From contig JBEIJY010000001.1 of the NCBI GenBank assembly GCA_040380025.1, positions 62,245 through 126,244 on the forward strand: a stretch of DNA of 64,000 bases, given 5' to 3'. This DNA is from Bdellovibrionales bacterium. Its GTDB lineage: Bacteria > Bdellovibrionota > UBA1018 > CAIMNF01. This document shows, piece by piece, positions 8,791 through 18,393 of the stretch. The notes beneath the pieces are model-generated. The model was not told the origin of the DNA. It did not search any database and saw only the letters and a list, made by a program, of their open reading frames with translations. Position 1 is the stretch's first letter; every line of letters starts with the position of its first letter. Both the position numbers and the translations under genes were made by a program.

Positions 8791-11511
8791 CTATAACTCG
8801 GCCCAATTTCGTCCGATCCCGACATTCACAACGAGCGGCACCCGGAGCGAGATCGCGCTTTCCATGACCGAGGTCACCAGTTGCTTCACCCGCTCCGCCT
8901 CTTCGCGGGGACACTCCAGAACCAGCTCATCGTGCACCTGCAGAAGGATCTTCGAGCGCAGGCCTTGCGCTTTCAGCTCGCGATGGAGCCGCACCATCGC
9001 CACCTTGATCAGGTCGGAGGCACTGCCCTGGATCGGACTGTTCATCGCCATGCGCTCAGCATTGCTCCGGATGGCGGGATTCGAGGATCGAATCTCGGGA
9101 AGCGCACGCTTCCGCCCGAGCAGCGTCGTCACGAATCCGTTCTCGCGGGCGTGCGCCACTTGCTCGTCCAAAAACGCCTTCACACGCGAATAGCGGTGGA
9201 AGTACTGATCGATCATTTTTTTCGATTCGCCGCGCGAGATGTGCAGCTCTTCGGCCAGACCGAAGGCGGTTTTTCCGTACATGAGTCCGAAGTTGATCGC
9301 CTTCGCCGAGGAACGCTCGGCATCGGTGACCTCGGCCGGATTCTTGTGGAAGATCTCCCCTGCGGTCCGACGGTGCACATCCTCGCCTTTTTGAAAGGAC
9401 TCCATCAGAACCGGATCTTCGCTCATGTGAGCCAGGATCCGGAGCTCGATCTGCGAGTAATCGGCCGAAAGAAGCACATTTCCCTCGTCGGCGATGAACG
9501 CCTCACGGATCTTTTGTCCGCGCGCGGTGCGCACCGGAATGTTCTGGAGGTTCGGTTCGGAGCTCGAGAGCCGTCCCGTCGCGGTGCCAGTCAGATGAAA
9601 ACTCGTGCGCACCCGCGAATCCGCGTGATCCCGGAGTTCCTGGAGCGGAATCACATAGGTGCCTTTCAGCTTTGCGATTTCGCGGTACTCCAGAATGAGT
9701 TTCGGTGCGGGATGAAGCCCGATCAAGGCCTCCAGGACCGAGGCATCGGTCGAGAACCCCGACTTGGTTTTTCCTTGCGGCGGAAGTGAGAGTTCCTCGA
9801 AAAGAAAACCCGCGAGTTGCTTCGGCGAGTTCAGATTCAAAGAGGGATTTTTCGAAAATCCGCGGATCTTGGCCTCGATTGCCGAAATCTCCTCCTGAAA
9901 AGCACCCTCGAGTCTCTTCAGGAAATCCACATTGACTTTGATTCCGGCGTCTTCCATGTCGGCCACGACCTCGACCATGGGCAGATCCACCTCGCGAAAC
10001 AGCGACTCCACGCCCGAAATCCGGAGCTCGAGCTCGAGTTTTTCCCAGAGCGCATAGGCGCACCATGCGTCCTCGGCCGAGTAGTTGGTCGCGGCTTCGA
10101 TCGAGACCTCGGCGAAGCTGATCTGGGCGGCGCCCTTCCCGGTCACCTCCTCGTACGTCTTCACGTCGTAGTTCAGATATTTCTTCGAGAGATAATCCAG
10201 ATTGTGCCGGCCGCTCGAATCGATCGCGTAGGCGGCAACCATGGTGTCGGCGCGGATCCCCCGAAGAGGAATCCCCTGCGCACGCATCACCCGGAGATCA
10301 TACTTCAGATTCTGCCCGATTTTGCCGTACTCCGGGGATTCCAGAAAGGGCGCGAGTTCCCGGAGGACCAGCCCGGCATCGAGCTGCGAACCGGGTCCGG
10401 CCTCGTGACCCACCGGAATATAAAACGCCCCCCGGGAATCCGTGGCGATCGCGATTCCGACAAGTTTGGCCTGACGGGGGTCGAGCGAAGTCGTCTCGGT
10501 GTCGAAGGCGAATTCCTTCTTCTCGCGGATCGAACCAAGAAGCGAGTCGAGCTCCGTCTTCGTGCTCACGGTGCGGAATTCGAGAGAGCGTTTGGGCGAA
10601 ACCGGCGACTCGTCGATCGCGGGCGCGTCCTGGGCGGCCCCCATCGCGGAATATTTCGAAAAAAGGGATTTGAAATTGAGCCGTTTGCAGAACTCAAGAA
10701 GTCCCGCGTGCACGCGGAACTCGAATGCCGCCCGATCGGTGGTGATCGCAAGATCGATGTCTTCCTTCAGCGTGGCGAGCTCCTGCGAGAGCAGGGCGAG
10801 TTCTTCGCCCTCGACGATCATGTCGCCCTTTTTTCCTTTGATTTTACCCGTTTTTGCCGCGTCGATCACCGACGAAAGCGTGCCGAACTCGTTCAAGAGG
10901 ACCGAGGCGCCCTTCGGGCCGATCCCCGTGATTCCGGGGATGTTGTCCGAGGAATCGCCGACCATCGCGAGATAATCCCGCACCTGCGAGGGCTTCACTC
11001 CGAACTTCTCGATGACCTCGTGCTCGGTGTAGTGCAGATCCTTCATCGTATCCCAGAGCTGGGTCTTCGAATCGACAAGCGCCATGAGGTCCTTGTCGCC
11101 GCTGACGATCACGCACCGGTGGCGAGGATCCTCCCGGATCCAGGTCTTGTCGAGCGTTGCGATCAGGTCATCGGCTTCGACCCCGCTCTGCCGGAACGAG
11201 GGGATCCCCATCTCGCGCACCAGCTCCTCGATGAGATCGAACTGGGGAAGAAGCATCTCGGGCGGGGCCGCACGGTTCGCCTTGTATGCGGGATAGCGGA
11301 GCTTCCGGAAAGAGGGCTCCTTCGAGTCGTAGACCACCGCAAGAAACTTCGGATCGACCTCGTCGATGAGCCGCCCGAGCATGGAGGCGACGCCATAAAC
11401 GGCGTTCACGGGGGTTCCGTCGGGTGCGGTCAACTCGCGCACGGCATAGAACGCGCGAAAGATGAAAGAGCTGATGTCGATCAGATAAAGCGTATTGTAC
11501 GAGGATTTCAT
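8791..11511 (-). CDS. polA: DNA polymerase I
   Basis: 5'-3' exonuclease (EADD, SGDKD, GDSSDNIPG), 3'-5' exonuclease (FDTETT), polymerase motifs DYSQIELR, KAINFGLMYG, QVHDEL. Confidence 0.99.
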   Translation of the reverse strand: MKSSYNTLYLIDISSFIFRAFYAVRELTAPDGTPVNAVYGVASMLGRLIDEVDPKFLAVVYDSKEPSFRKLRYPAYKANRAAPPEMLLPQFDLIEELVREMGIPSFRQSGVEADDLIATLDKTWIREDPRHRCVIVSGDKDLMALVDSKTQLWDTMKDLHYTEHEVIEKFGVKPSQVRDYLAMVGDSSDNIPGITGIGPKGASVLLNEFGTLSSVIDAAKTGKIKGKKGDMIVEGEELALLSQELATLKEDIDLAITTDRAAFEFRVHAGLLEFCKRLNFKSLFSKYSAMGAAQDAPAIDESPVSPKRSLEFRTVSTKTELDSLLGSIREKKEFAFDTETTSLDPRQAKLVGIAIATDSRGAFYIPVGHEAGPGSQLDAGLVLRELAPFLESPEYGKIGQNLKYDLRVMRAQGIPLRGIRADTMVAAYAIDSSGRHNLDYLSKKYLNYDVKTYEEVTGKGAAQISFAEVSIEAATNYSAEDAWCAYALWEKLELELRISGVESLFREVDLPMVEVVADMEDAGIKVNVDFLKRLEGAFQEEISAIEAKIRGFSKNPSLNLNSPKQLAGFLFEELSLPPQGKTKSGFSTDASVLEALIGLHPAPKLILEYREIAKLKGTYVIPLQELRDHADSRVRTSFHLTGTATGRLSSSEPNLQNIPVRTARGQKIREAFIADEGNVLLSADYSQIELRILAHMSEDPVLMESFQKGEDVHRRTAGEIFHKNPAEVTDAERSSAKAINFGLMYGKTAFGLAEELHISRGESKKMIDQYFHRYSRVKAFLDEQVAHARENGFVTTLLGRKRALPEIRSSNPAIRSNAERMAMNSPIQGSASDLIKVAMVRLHRELKAQGLRSKILLQVHDELVLECPREEAERVKQLVTSVMESAISLRVPLVVNVGIGRNWAEL

Positions 11512-11933
11512 GATTTCGATTCCCGGATGACAAAACTGCCGGCGAGCACGTCGCCCAATCGTTGCTTACCCGGAGCACGGGCGATGAGACTGAGCTCGAT
11601 CAGACCGAAAGGGAGGGCGGTCAACAGCGCCAGAATCCAGCCCCAGAAGGGAATTACCATCAAAAAGGTAACGATTCCGACCGGAATATTGCGAATGACG
11701 GAGAGCTTGATTCCGATCGGCCTGCCGCTCTCATCGACGACCCGGATCCCGAGAAGTTTTTTTCCGGGACTTTGCCCGGCCAGCGCTCGGATCGGCAATC
11801 CGTCAGCTACAAGAGAATAGAAGAACCCGATCAGGGCACCCGCCCCGCCCTTGATCAAAAGCCCGAGAGCAAGGGCGATCAGGAGATCCGTGAATTTCGC
11901 GAAAAGCCGGGATTGGAGGCTCGCGTGATCCAG
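11508..11933 (-). CDS. RDD family membrane protein
   Basis: SRLFAKFTDLLI, GQSPGKKLLGIRVV, QRLGDVLAGSFV; the conserved N-terminus requires a CTG/ATT start upstream of the ORF-track start. Confidence 0.85.
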   Translation of the reverse strand: MDHASLQSRLFAKFTDLLIALALGLLIKGGAGALIGFFYSLVADGLPIRALAGQSPGKKLLGIRVVDESGRPIGIKLSVIRNIPVGIVTFLMVIPFWGWILALLTALPFGLIELSLIARAPGKQRLGDVLAGSFVIRESKS

Positions 11934-11937
11934 AATC

Positions 11938-12543
11938 TCACCCTTTCAGAAAAAAACGGTCCATGAGGTCCACCAGCGAGTGGACGATGAAAATATGGGT
12001 CTCCTGGATCCGGCTGGAATTCTTCCCGCCCGCAACATTCAGATTCACATCCGAGAGCTCCCGGAGGGCGCCTCCGCTCCCTCCGGTCATCGACACCACG
12101 CGGATCCCTTTTTCACGGGCGGCCTCGACCGCCCGGAGCACGTTTTTGGAATTCCCCGAGGTCGAGATGGCCAGCAGGACATCTCCCGGAAGACCGAGTC
12201 CGCGAACCTGCTTTTCGTAAATAACATCGAATGAATAATCGTTCGCGATCGCAGTCAGATTCGATGTATCGGTGGTAAGGGCCAGGGCGGGAAGCGGATT
12301 CCGTTCGATCAGCATCCGGCCCACCATCTCGGCGGCCATGTGTTGGGCATCCGCGGCCGAGCCGCCGTTTCCGCAAATCATCAATTTGTGACCGGAGCGG
12401 ATGGAGGACGAAATGATCTCGCAGGCCCGGATCAGAAGATCCTGGTTCTCATCGAAGAACTTTTTTTTCGCAGACAACGACTCCTCAAAGGTGTCTTTCA
12501 GATAAGTACGAACGGGATCCATCGGATTTGTCAAAGCCTCCAT
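11938..12543 (-). CDS. gmhA: Phosphoheptose isomerase
   Basis: CGNGGSAADAQH, TAIANDY, ISTSGNS, RIQETHI. Confidence 0.96.
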   Translation of the reverse strand: MEALTNPMDPVRTYLKDTFEESLSAKKKFFDENQDLLIRACEIISSSIRSGHKLMICGNGGSAADAQHMAAEMVGRMLIERNPLPALALTTDTSNLTAIANDYSFDVIYEKQVRGLGLPGDVLLAISTSGNSKNVLRAVEAAREKGIRVVSMTGGSGGALRELSDVNLNVAGGKNSSRIQETHIFIVHSLVDLMDRFFLKG

Positions 12544-12590
12544 CAAGCCTGTCTATTGGAACTCGGGTCAGTTAGTGGTACGATAAATCC

Positions 12591-12923
12591 ATGGCGAATT
12601 CAAAAAATGTTTTGCAAGCGACCGATTCGAACCTCGAAACCGAGGTCATGAAAAACCCCGGGCTCACCCTCGTCGATTTTTGGGCGGAATGGTGCGGCCC
12701 CTGCCGCGCCCTGGGACCCACCATTGATGCTCTCGCGGACCAGTACGCGGGACGGGTGAAGGTCTTCAAGTTGAACGTCGACGAGAATCCGTCTTCGGCC
12801 ACGCGATTCAATGTCCGCGGCATCCCCACCGTTCTGATCCTGAAGAACGGCCAAGTGCTGGAGCAACTCGTGGGCAACCAGCCGAAGGACTCCTACGTTT
12901 CCGCGATCGACAAGAATCTCTGA
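12591..12923 (+). CDS. trxA: Thioredoxin
   Basis: DFWAEWCGPC, VRGIPT. Confidence 0.97.
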   Translation: MANSKNVLQATDSNLETEVMKNPGLTLVDFWAEWCGPCRALGPTIDALADQYAGRVKVFKLNVDENPSSATRFNVRGIPTVLILKNGQVLEQLVGNQPKDSYVSAIDKNL

Positions 12924-12953
12924 AATCCTGCTCCTGATGCCGGTCAATCTCTG

Positions 12954-12992
12954 AAAAAAACCGGAATCTCCCGACGGAGGTTCCGGTTTTTT
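12954..12992 (+). terminator. Intrinsic terminator after trxA (possibly bidirectional)
   Basis: A7-CCGGAATCTCC-cgac-GGAGGTTCCGG-T6. Confidence 0.8.
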
Positions 12993-13065
12993 CCGTTGAT
13001 CTTTTGACCGGACCTCTCCTAGACTTTTGCTCTGGACCGGAACCGGTTTTCAACGGAGGAAAGAC

Positions 13066-13728
13066 ATGGACCCTCAGGCATCCCAGCTGGGAATGATCAC
13101 AGCCCTCCAACAAGGGGGATTTTCGACCGGATTGATCGCGCTCACCATGGCCGTGTCGGTGGCCTTCATATTGGAGCGGACGATCCGGCTGTTCCTGCAA
13201 CTCAGCATCAACGGCCGCTCCTTTATGGCCGAGATCCAGACTTATCTTTTGAACAACGATCTCGACGGCGCGCTTCGCGTCTGCAATGGCGCCGGGAATG
13301 CGGCCCTCCCGCGGGTCATCAAAGCGGGGCTCATGCGGGCCTCCCGAAAAGAGGAACAGATCCAGAACGCGATCGATGCCGCGGCTCTCGAGGTGATCCC
13401 CCAGCTCGAACGCAACCTTCCCTATCTTGCGCTGATCGCGAACGTCGCAACCCTCCTCGGACTCCTCGGGACGATTTCCGGGCTCATCCGTTCGTTCGCC
13501 GCCATCTCCACCGCCGACCCCGCCCAGCGACAGGCGCTTCTTTCGGCGGGGATTTCGGAGGCGATGTTCGCGACCGCCTTCGGACTCGTGGTGGCCATCG
13601 CGACCATGATCGCGCACTCGATTCTGTCGTCGAAAGCCTCCCGCATCGTCTCGGACATCGACGAGCATAGCGTGAAGCTCCTTGATTTGCTTTCGGCCCG
13701 GAAAGTCCAGCATTCCTCCGAGAGATAG
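13066..13728 (+). CDS. MotA/TolQ/ExbB proton channel (AglR-like)
   Basis: ANVATLLGLLGTISGLI, GISEAMFATAFGL; ATG 13066 after GGAGG. Confidence 0.92.
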   Translation: MDPQASQLGMITALQQGGFSTGLIALTMAVSVAFILERTIRLFLQLSINGRSFMAEIQTYLLNNDLDGALRVCNGAGNAALPRVIKAGLMRASRKEEQIQNAIDAAALEVIPQLERNLPYLALIANVATLLGLLGTISGLIRSFAAISTADPAQRQALLSAGISEAMFATAFGLVVAIATMIAHSILSSKASRIVSDIDEHSVKLLDLLSARKVQHSSER

Positions 13729-13740
13729 CGCGGAACCCCC

Positions 13741-14289
13741 ATGCTGAAACGCCCCTCATCCCGCCGGCACTCTTCCCCGCAGGAGATTCAGATCAATCTG
13801 ATTCCCATGCTGGACGCGCTCGTGACGATGATCTCGTTTTTGATGTACACGATGGCGTTTCTCTCGCTCTCGATGATCGAGAGCCCCCTTCCGATCGTCA
13901 GCACCGAAGAAAACGAGGTTCAACTGAAGGACAAACCCCTTCAGCTCACCCTCACGCTCCGCGAGCAGGATGTGCTGGTGTGGAGCCCCTTCGAGCTGAT
14001 TCCGCAAACCGCGCTACCGAACCGCCCCGATGGTTCGATCGACATCCTGCGGCTTCATGAGCGGCTCATCGAGATCAAGCAAAAATTCATGGCCGAAAAA
14101 AAACTCATTCTCGTGCCCCGTGCCGACACCTCGTACGAAACCATCGTAGCGGTGCTGGATGCCGCACGAAGCCTCGACCGGACGGACCCCGTCCTGTCGA
14201 TCCTGAACGAGAAAACCGGTGTCCGCGAGCAAGTGAAACAGCTTTTTCCCGAGACCGTCTTCGGAAACCTGCTCGGAGGAACCGACTGA
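13741..14289 (+). CDS. ExbD/TolR family protein (AglQ-like)
   Basis: INLIPMLDALVTMISFLM transmembrane segment with conserved Asp; YETIVAVLD. Confidence 0.88.
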   Translation: MLKRPSSRRHSSPQEIQINLIPMLDALVTMISFLMYTMAFLSLSMIESPLPIVSTEENEVQLKDKPLQLTLTLREQDVLVWSPFELIPQTALPNRPDGSIDILRLHERLIEIKQKFMAEKKLILVPRADTSYETIVAVLDAARSLDRTDPVLSILNEKTGVREQVKQLFPETVFGNLLGGTD

Positions 14290-14861
14290 TGGCTCCGGCA
14301 CGATCGATCCGGCAACGCAGGGTCCGTCGAAAAATCCACAAGGATTTCGACCTTCAGCTGACCTCGATGATGGACATCCTGGTCATCATCCTCGTGTTTC
14401 TTTTGAAGAGCTATTCCGCGAGCACGAACTCCTTTTCTTCGGTGCCGGGCCTCGCAATGCCGGCGTCCAAGAGCGAGCAACTACCGCCGGACTCCCTGCA
14501 TCTGATCGTCACACCCGAAGCGATCACCTTCGAGGGCGTGCGTGTGATCGAGTTCGCGCAGTCTGCAGAATCGCTTTCTTCCGGGCAGGCCTCCTACTCG
14601 TTCAAGACGGAGGACCTCGACGAGGGCGGAATGCGCATCGCTCATTTGTACGATGCGCTCACCAAAGCGCGCGAAAAGGCCGAGCTCTTGCGAGCGAAGT
14701 CCTCGGCCCGGGATGAAAAGGGAAACCCGCTGCCGTTTGATGGCATTCTTGCCATTCAAGCCGACAAACGGGTCAAATACGACACTTTACGAAAAATCAT
14801 GTACACCGCCGGAGCGGCACGGTTCCACACCTTCCGGCTCCTCGCCACCCGGATCGAGTGA
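14289..14861 (+). CDS. ExbD/TolR family protein (AglS-like)
   Basis: LQLTSMMDILVIILVFLLKS, IQADKRVKY...KIMYTA. Confidence 0.88.
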   Translation: MAPARSIRQRRVRRKIHKDFDLQLTSMMDILVIILVFLLKSYSASTNSFSSVPGLAMPASKSEQLPPDSLHLIVTPEAITFEGVRVIEFAQSAESLSSGQASYSFKTEDLDEGGMRIAHLYDALTKAREKAELLRAKSSARDEKGNPLPFDGILAIQADKRVKYDTLRKIMYTAGAARFHTFRLLATRIE

Positions 14862-14874
14862 CTGGCGCACGCCT

Positions 14875-15393
14875 TCAGGCGACACTTTCGCTCGCGGCCC
14901 CTCCGGCCACGATCTCGACAAAAATTTTTCCTGCGGAACTCTCGAACGGAATCACCACGCATTTCCCCTGCCCCAAGTCCCGCGCATCGTGTTCGGTTCC
15001 CCAAACGGCGACCGGTAGTGCCATCCCGACGGGCTTTCCGAGGTTGCCGAGTTCCACCTTGGCCTGGCCCAGGATCATGTTCGCGAGCTCCGCGGCCAGA
15101 TCGGCGTTCTCGGCCGAAACCGCAGAGACCTCCTCGCCGAAGAGGCTCTTCACGAGGGCGAAAAAAACCGAATCCTCCATGCTGATCGCCAAGGAGCCCG
15201 AAAACGACTTCGAGTCGATCGGGATCAGCCCGCTGATCTTGCCCATGAGCCGGCCCCCGCCCCCTTCTTTCATATAGGGCTTCCCGGCCTTCAGCTCGAG
15301 CGAGCATTGCACCTGAAACACCCGTATGGCGGCCCTAAGGAAGGGCGCCATGAACTGGGGGTCGATGTCGCGGTAGTTCGTTCCGGGACTCAT
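14875..15393 (-). CDS. cheX: CheX-like chemotaxis phosphatase
   Basis: PFLRA, ISGLI, ELANMILG (ExxN), LPVAV, IPFES; orphan, no other che genes nearby. Confidence 0.8.
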   Translation of the reverse strand: MSPGTNYRDIDPQFMAPFLRAAIRVFQVQCSLELKAGKPYMKEGGGGRLMGKISGLIPIDSKSFSGSLAISMEDSVFFALVKSLFGEEVSAVSAENADLAAELANMILGQAKVELGNLGKPVGMALPVAVWGTEHDARDLGQGKCVVIPFESSAGKIFVEIVAGGAASESVA

Positions 15394-15481
15394 CCTCCTC
15401 CCTTCGGTCATCCCGCCTCATTTCTTGAGCCGGAACTACCCCCTTCTAAGTCTCGGCATTTTTTGCCATACTGGGCCCCTT

Positions 15482-16216
15482 ATGGGAGCACAATGGAAAG
15501 CACCGCTTAAAGCGGCGGCCGCCGCAAAAAAGGGCGCCATCATCAGCAAATTGACGAAAGAACTCATCGTCGCCGCAAAACTCGGCGGGCCGGACCCGGC
15601 CTCGAATTTTCGCCTGCGGGGCGCGATCGAGGATGCACGAAAAGCCTCCGTTCCCCGCGATACGATCGAACGCGCCATCAAGCGCGGCGCGGGTCTTCTC
15701 GATGACCCGATCGTATACGAAACCATTTTGTACGAGGGCTTTGCACCCCATCAGGTTCCCGTAATCGTGGAGTGCCTGACCGAGAACCGGAACCGTACCG
15801 CTGCCGACATCCGCGTTGCCTTCCGGAAGGGGCAACTGGGCTCTTCGGGTTCGGTCGCCTGGATGTTCGACCGCAAGGGAGTGGTCGAAGCCCATCACGG
15901 CGATGCCTCGGCCGATCTCGAGGGTGCCGCGATCGAAGCCGGCGCCGATGAAGTGACCACCATTCCCGCATCCGAGGGGCAACCCTCGGGCGGCGTGATT
16001 GCGCGATTCTTATGCTCCCCGACCGAGTTCGATGCCGTGAACAAGAACCTCTCGGCCGCGGGCTGGAATGTGCTCAATTCGGAACTGAGCTACCTTGCCA
16101 AGAATTTTGTCGATCTTTCTTCGGAGCAGTCGAAAGAAGTCGCGGACTTTTTGAGCGAAATTGACGACTCCGATGATGTGCACCGGATCTACGTCGCGCT
16201 GAAGCCGGGCAACTGA
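15482..16216 (+). CDS. YebC/PmpR family protein
   Basis: GGPDPASNFRLR, IERAIKRG, YEGFAP, TENRNRT, GSVAWMF, DDVHRIY. Confidence 0.95.
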   Translation: MGAQWKAPLKAAAAAKKGAIISKLTKELIVAAKLGGPDPASNFRLRGAIEDARKASVPRDTIERAIKRGAGLLDDPIVYETILYEGFAPHQVPVIVECLTENRNRTAADIRVAFRKGQLGSSGSVAWMFDRKGVVEAHHGDASADLEGAAIEAGADEVTTIPASEGQPSGGVIARFLCSPTEFDAVNKNLSAAGWNVLNSELSYLAKNFVDLSSEQSKEVADFLSEIDDSDDVHRIYVALKPGN

Positions 16217-18219
16217 CGGGCGATCTCCGGCACGGCTTCGTTCATGAATACCGCCGTCCACGCCGAACCTGCGGTTTCGGCGGGAGTGGTCGCAAGATAG
16301 TTTCTTCCGAACCGTTCCAGAAAGCGCTGATCCAGCTCTGCGAAATTCCGGGCGTGGAATGCGGCGAGATCTTTCGGACCGAAAAACACCCAGATCCCCT
16401 GCCTCATTCCGCGGTTTCGTACGCAGGCCTTCTCGATCTCGTGGGCGACCCGCCCCATGGTGTGGCGCACATTCACTTCGATCACGGGCACCACAAAGAG
16501 CATTCCGTCCTGATTCCGGGCCACCATCGAATCGATTCCGAATGGTCCGCGGTAGCCAAGCTCGAACAGGTGCGAAGAAACCCGTTCGTGCACCGGACCC
16601 CACTCCCCTTCCTGCTCGCGGATGACTTTTGCCGCCGCATGCAATGATCCTGCGCGGGCGGGATCTCCCAAAAAAGCACCCTGGTACTGATGCAAATCAT
16701 CGGTCACAAAAACACGGGGCTCGAAGCGGATCAACTTCCCGACCGCGGTCCACTCGTACTGGACCGAGAAATCGCATTTCTTTTGATAAAACGGCTCCAG
16801 AACGAGCGCGTCCCCCCGAAGGAGGCGTTTTTCGAGTTTTTGAATCGTGGCCGGGTCCTCGAGCATCGCACGCTCGAGATGCAAATGACCTCTTCCGCTC
16901 GTGCCGACCGAGGATTTCACCAAGACCTCTTCCGCTCCGGGGAGCGCATCCGACGCACGAGCAAGATCCTCCCGCGTCCGGAGCACGACTCCGGGAGTGC
17001 CCAGGAATTCCTTCCAGTACGCTTTCGAATGGAGTTTCTCTGCGGGAAGAGAACGCGAAAACGTGGGAGGATTCCTTAGTTTCGGGGCAATCGCGTCCAG
17101 GCGTTTCCAAGCACCCGGCGAAAACCCCCAGGGCTTGAATTCTCCGAATGCCGGATAACGCCGCAATTCCTCGGGCCCCGTGATGATCTCGGGAAGCGCT
17201 CCTCGCACCTCGTGAATCCGCCCGGAAAACAAAGCGGATGGCCTTCTCGAAAGTTCAAGAACATCCTCCTCGCGGGAAAGAAAAATCATCAGCGGCTCCA
17301 GATCCACGATCTTTTCGCGAAGGGAGGCCGGAAGCGTCGGCAGGGATGCTTCGATCTCGCACTGGGGATTGAACCACAAGAAATCAGGAAACCGCCCCCG
17401 AGAGCCGCCTGCGACTTTCACTTCTTGAATGAACTCGGCAGAAAGCCCCGCCTCCCGCCTCGACTCCGCGGCAAACAGGCGCGCTCCTCGTGCGCGCCTG
17501 GCCGAGAGCGGAAACGGCAGGGCGGCACGGTAGGCCTCGAAGTCAGATTCGAACCCGGGATCGCGCCAATGCTGAAACCACTTCCATCCATGCCCCACAT
17601 GCCGGACTTCGTCGTCATGCACGGCACGGAGGATTCCGGCCGTTTTCGGATCGCCGATGCCGCTCTCGAAAAGCGCGGCGTACTCGAGCGCGAAATCGAG
17701 ATTCGCCTGCTCGAAGGTGAGGCTCATCCGCGCCACAAAATCAAACGGACTTCGAATGTCGCGCAGATGGCTCCAAAAGTAGTGATTCAGGGGAACCGCC
17801 CCGAAAGGCACCCCGCATTCTTCCATTCTCCCAAGATAACTTCGAAGATGCCTTTGCTCTTCTTGAAGGATTCCGAATACGCCCTTTTTGAATGCTTCCG
17901 GCGCATCCGGAAACCGCAAAAGCACATAGGCCATGGTCTCGATCGCGAGAAGCTCGTGATTCGCAAAAAAATGAAGAAGTCTTCCCCTCGCCCGCTCATC
18001 GCGAAGAAGCTCTGATTTTTTCGGAAACGCCGGGGATGCGCCTTCGATCGCACCATGGAACGTGCGCAAAGCGCCGTCACGGCCGGGGGATTCCAGAACA
18101 TCGATCGGGGAACGTCGATCGAACTCGAGGAATTGATAGGACGCACCCGATCCAGCCAGCTTGTGACTGAGCGTTCCCCCGAGGAGAATCTCGCGCAAGA
18201 TCTCGTCACCGGAACCCAT
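16189..18219 (-). CDS. DUF455 ferritin-like domain fused to an ATP-grasp-like domain
   Basis: N-half HFFANHELLAIE, EEQRH, FEQANLD, DEVRHV; C-half VKSSVGTSGRG, VLEPFY, GYRGPFGIDSM, EVNVR. Confidence 0.8.
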   Translation of the reverse strand: MGSGDEILREILLGGTLSHKLAGSGASYQFLEFDRRSPIDVLESPGRDGALRTFHGAIEGASPAFPKKSELLRDERARGRLLHFFANHELLAIETMAYVLLRFPDAPEAFKKGVFGILQEEQRHLRSYLGRMEECGVPFGAVPLNHYFWSHLRDIRSPFDFVARMSLTFEQANLDFALEYAALFESGIGDPKTAGILRAVHDDEVRHVGHGWKWFQHWRDPGFESDFEAYRAALPFPLSARRARGARLFAAESRREAGLSAEFIQEVKVAGGSRGRFPDFLWFNPQCEIEASLPTLPASLREKIVDLEPLMIFLSREEDVLELSRRPSALFSGRIHEVRGALPEIITGPEELRRYPAFGEFKPWGFSPGAWKRLDAIAPKLRNPPTFSRSLPAEKLHSKAYWKEFLGTPGVVLRTREDLARASDALPGAEEVLVKSSVGTSGRGHLHLERAMLEDPATIQKLEKRLLRGDALVLEPFYQKKCDFSVQYEWTAVGKLIRFEPRVFVTDDLHQYQGAFLGDPARAGSLHAAAKVIREQEGEWGPVHERVSSHLFELGYRGPFGIDSMVARNQDGMLFVVPVIEVNVRHTMGRVAHEIEKACVRNRGMRQGIWVFFGPKDLAAFHARNFAELDQRFLERFGRNYLATTPAETAGSAWTAVFMNEAVPEIARQLPGFSAT

Positions 18220-18234
18220 GAGCCGGTCCCGCCC

Positions 18235-18393
18235 TCAGCTGAACCGCGCCTGGTACAGCAGGTACAACATGATCACCATGAAGATGACGATCGGAATCTG
18301 AAGGATCGCGAACAAAAAGAGCGGGCTTTTTCGCACCGGGACCTGAAAGGAGTCCTTGGACTTGGTTTCGGGACTTTGCGGGGAATCGCTCAC
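18235..18393 (-). CDS. Small single-pass membrane protein (52 aa)
   Basis: GTG overlapping the permease stop (GTGA); MSDSPQSPETKSKDSFQVPVRKSPLFLFAILQIPIVIFMVIMLYLLYQARFS; below the ORF-track length cutoff. Confidence 0.65.
   Translation of the reverse strand: MSDSPQSPETKSKDSFQVPVRKSPLFLFAILQIPIVIFMVIMLYLLYQARFS

Noticed and set aside
9817-11820. Long antisense ORFs (e.g. 9817..11820, 32450..34600, 3477..4844, 60381..61784)
   Set aside because: Typical shadows of high-GC coding strands opposite clearly identified genes.
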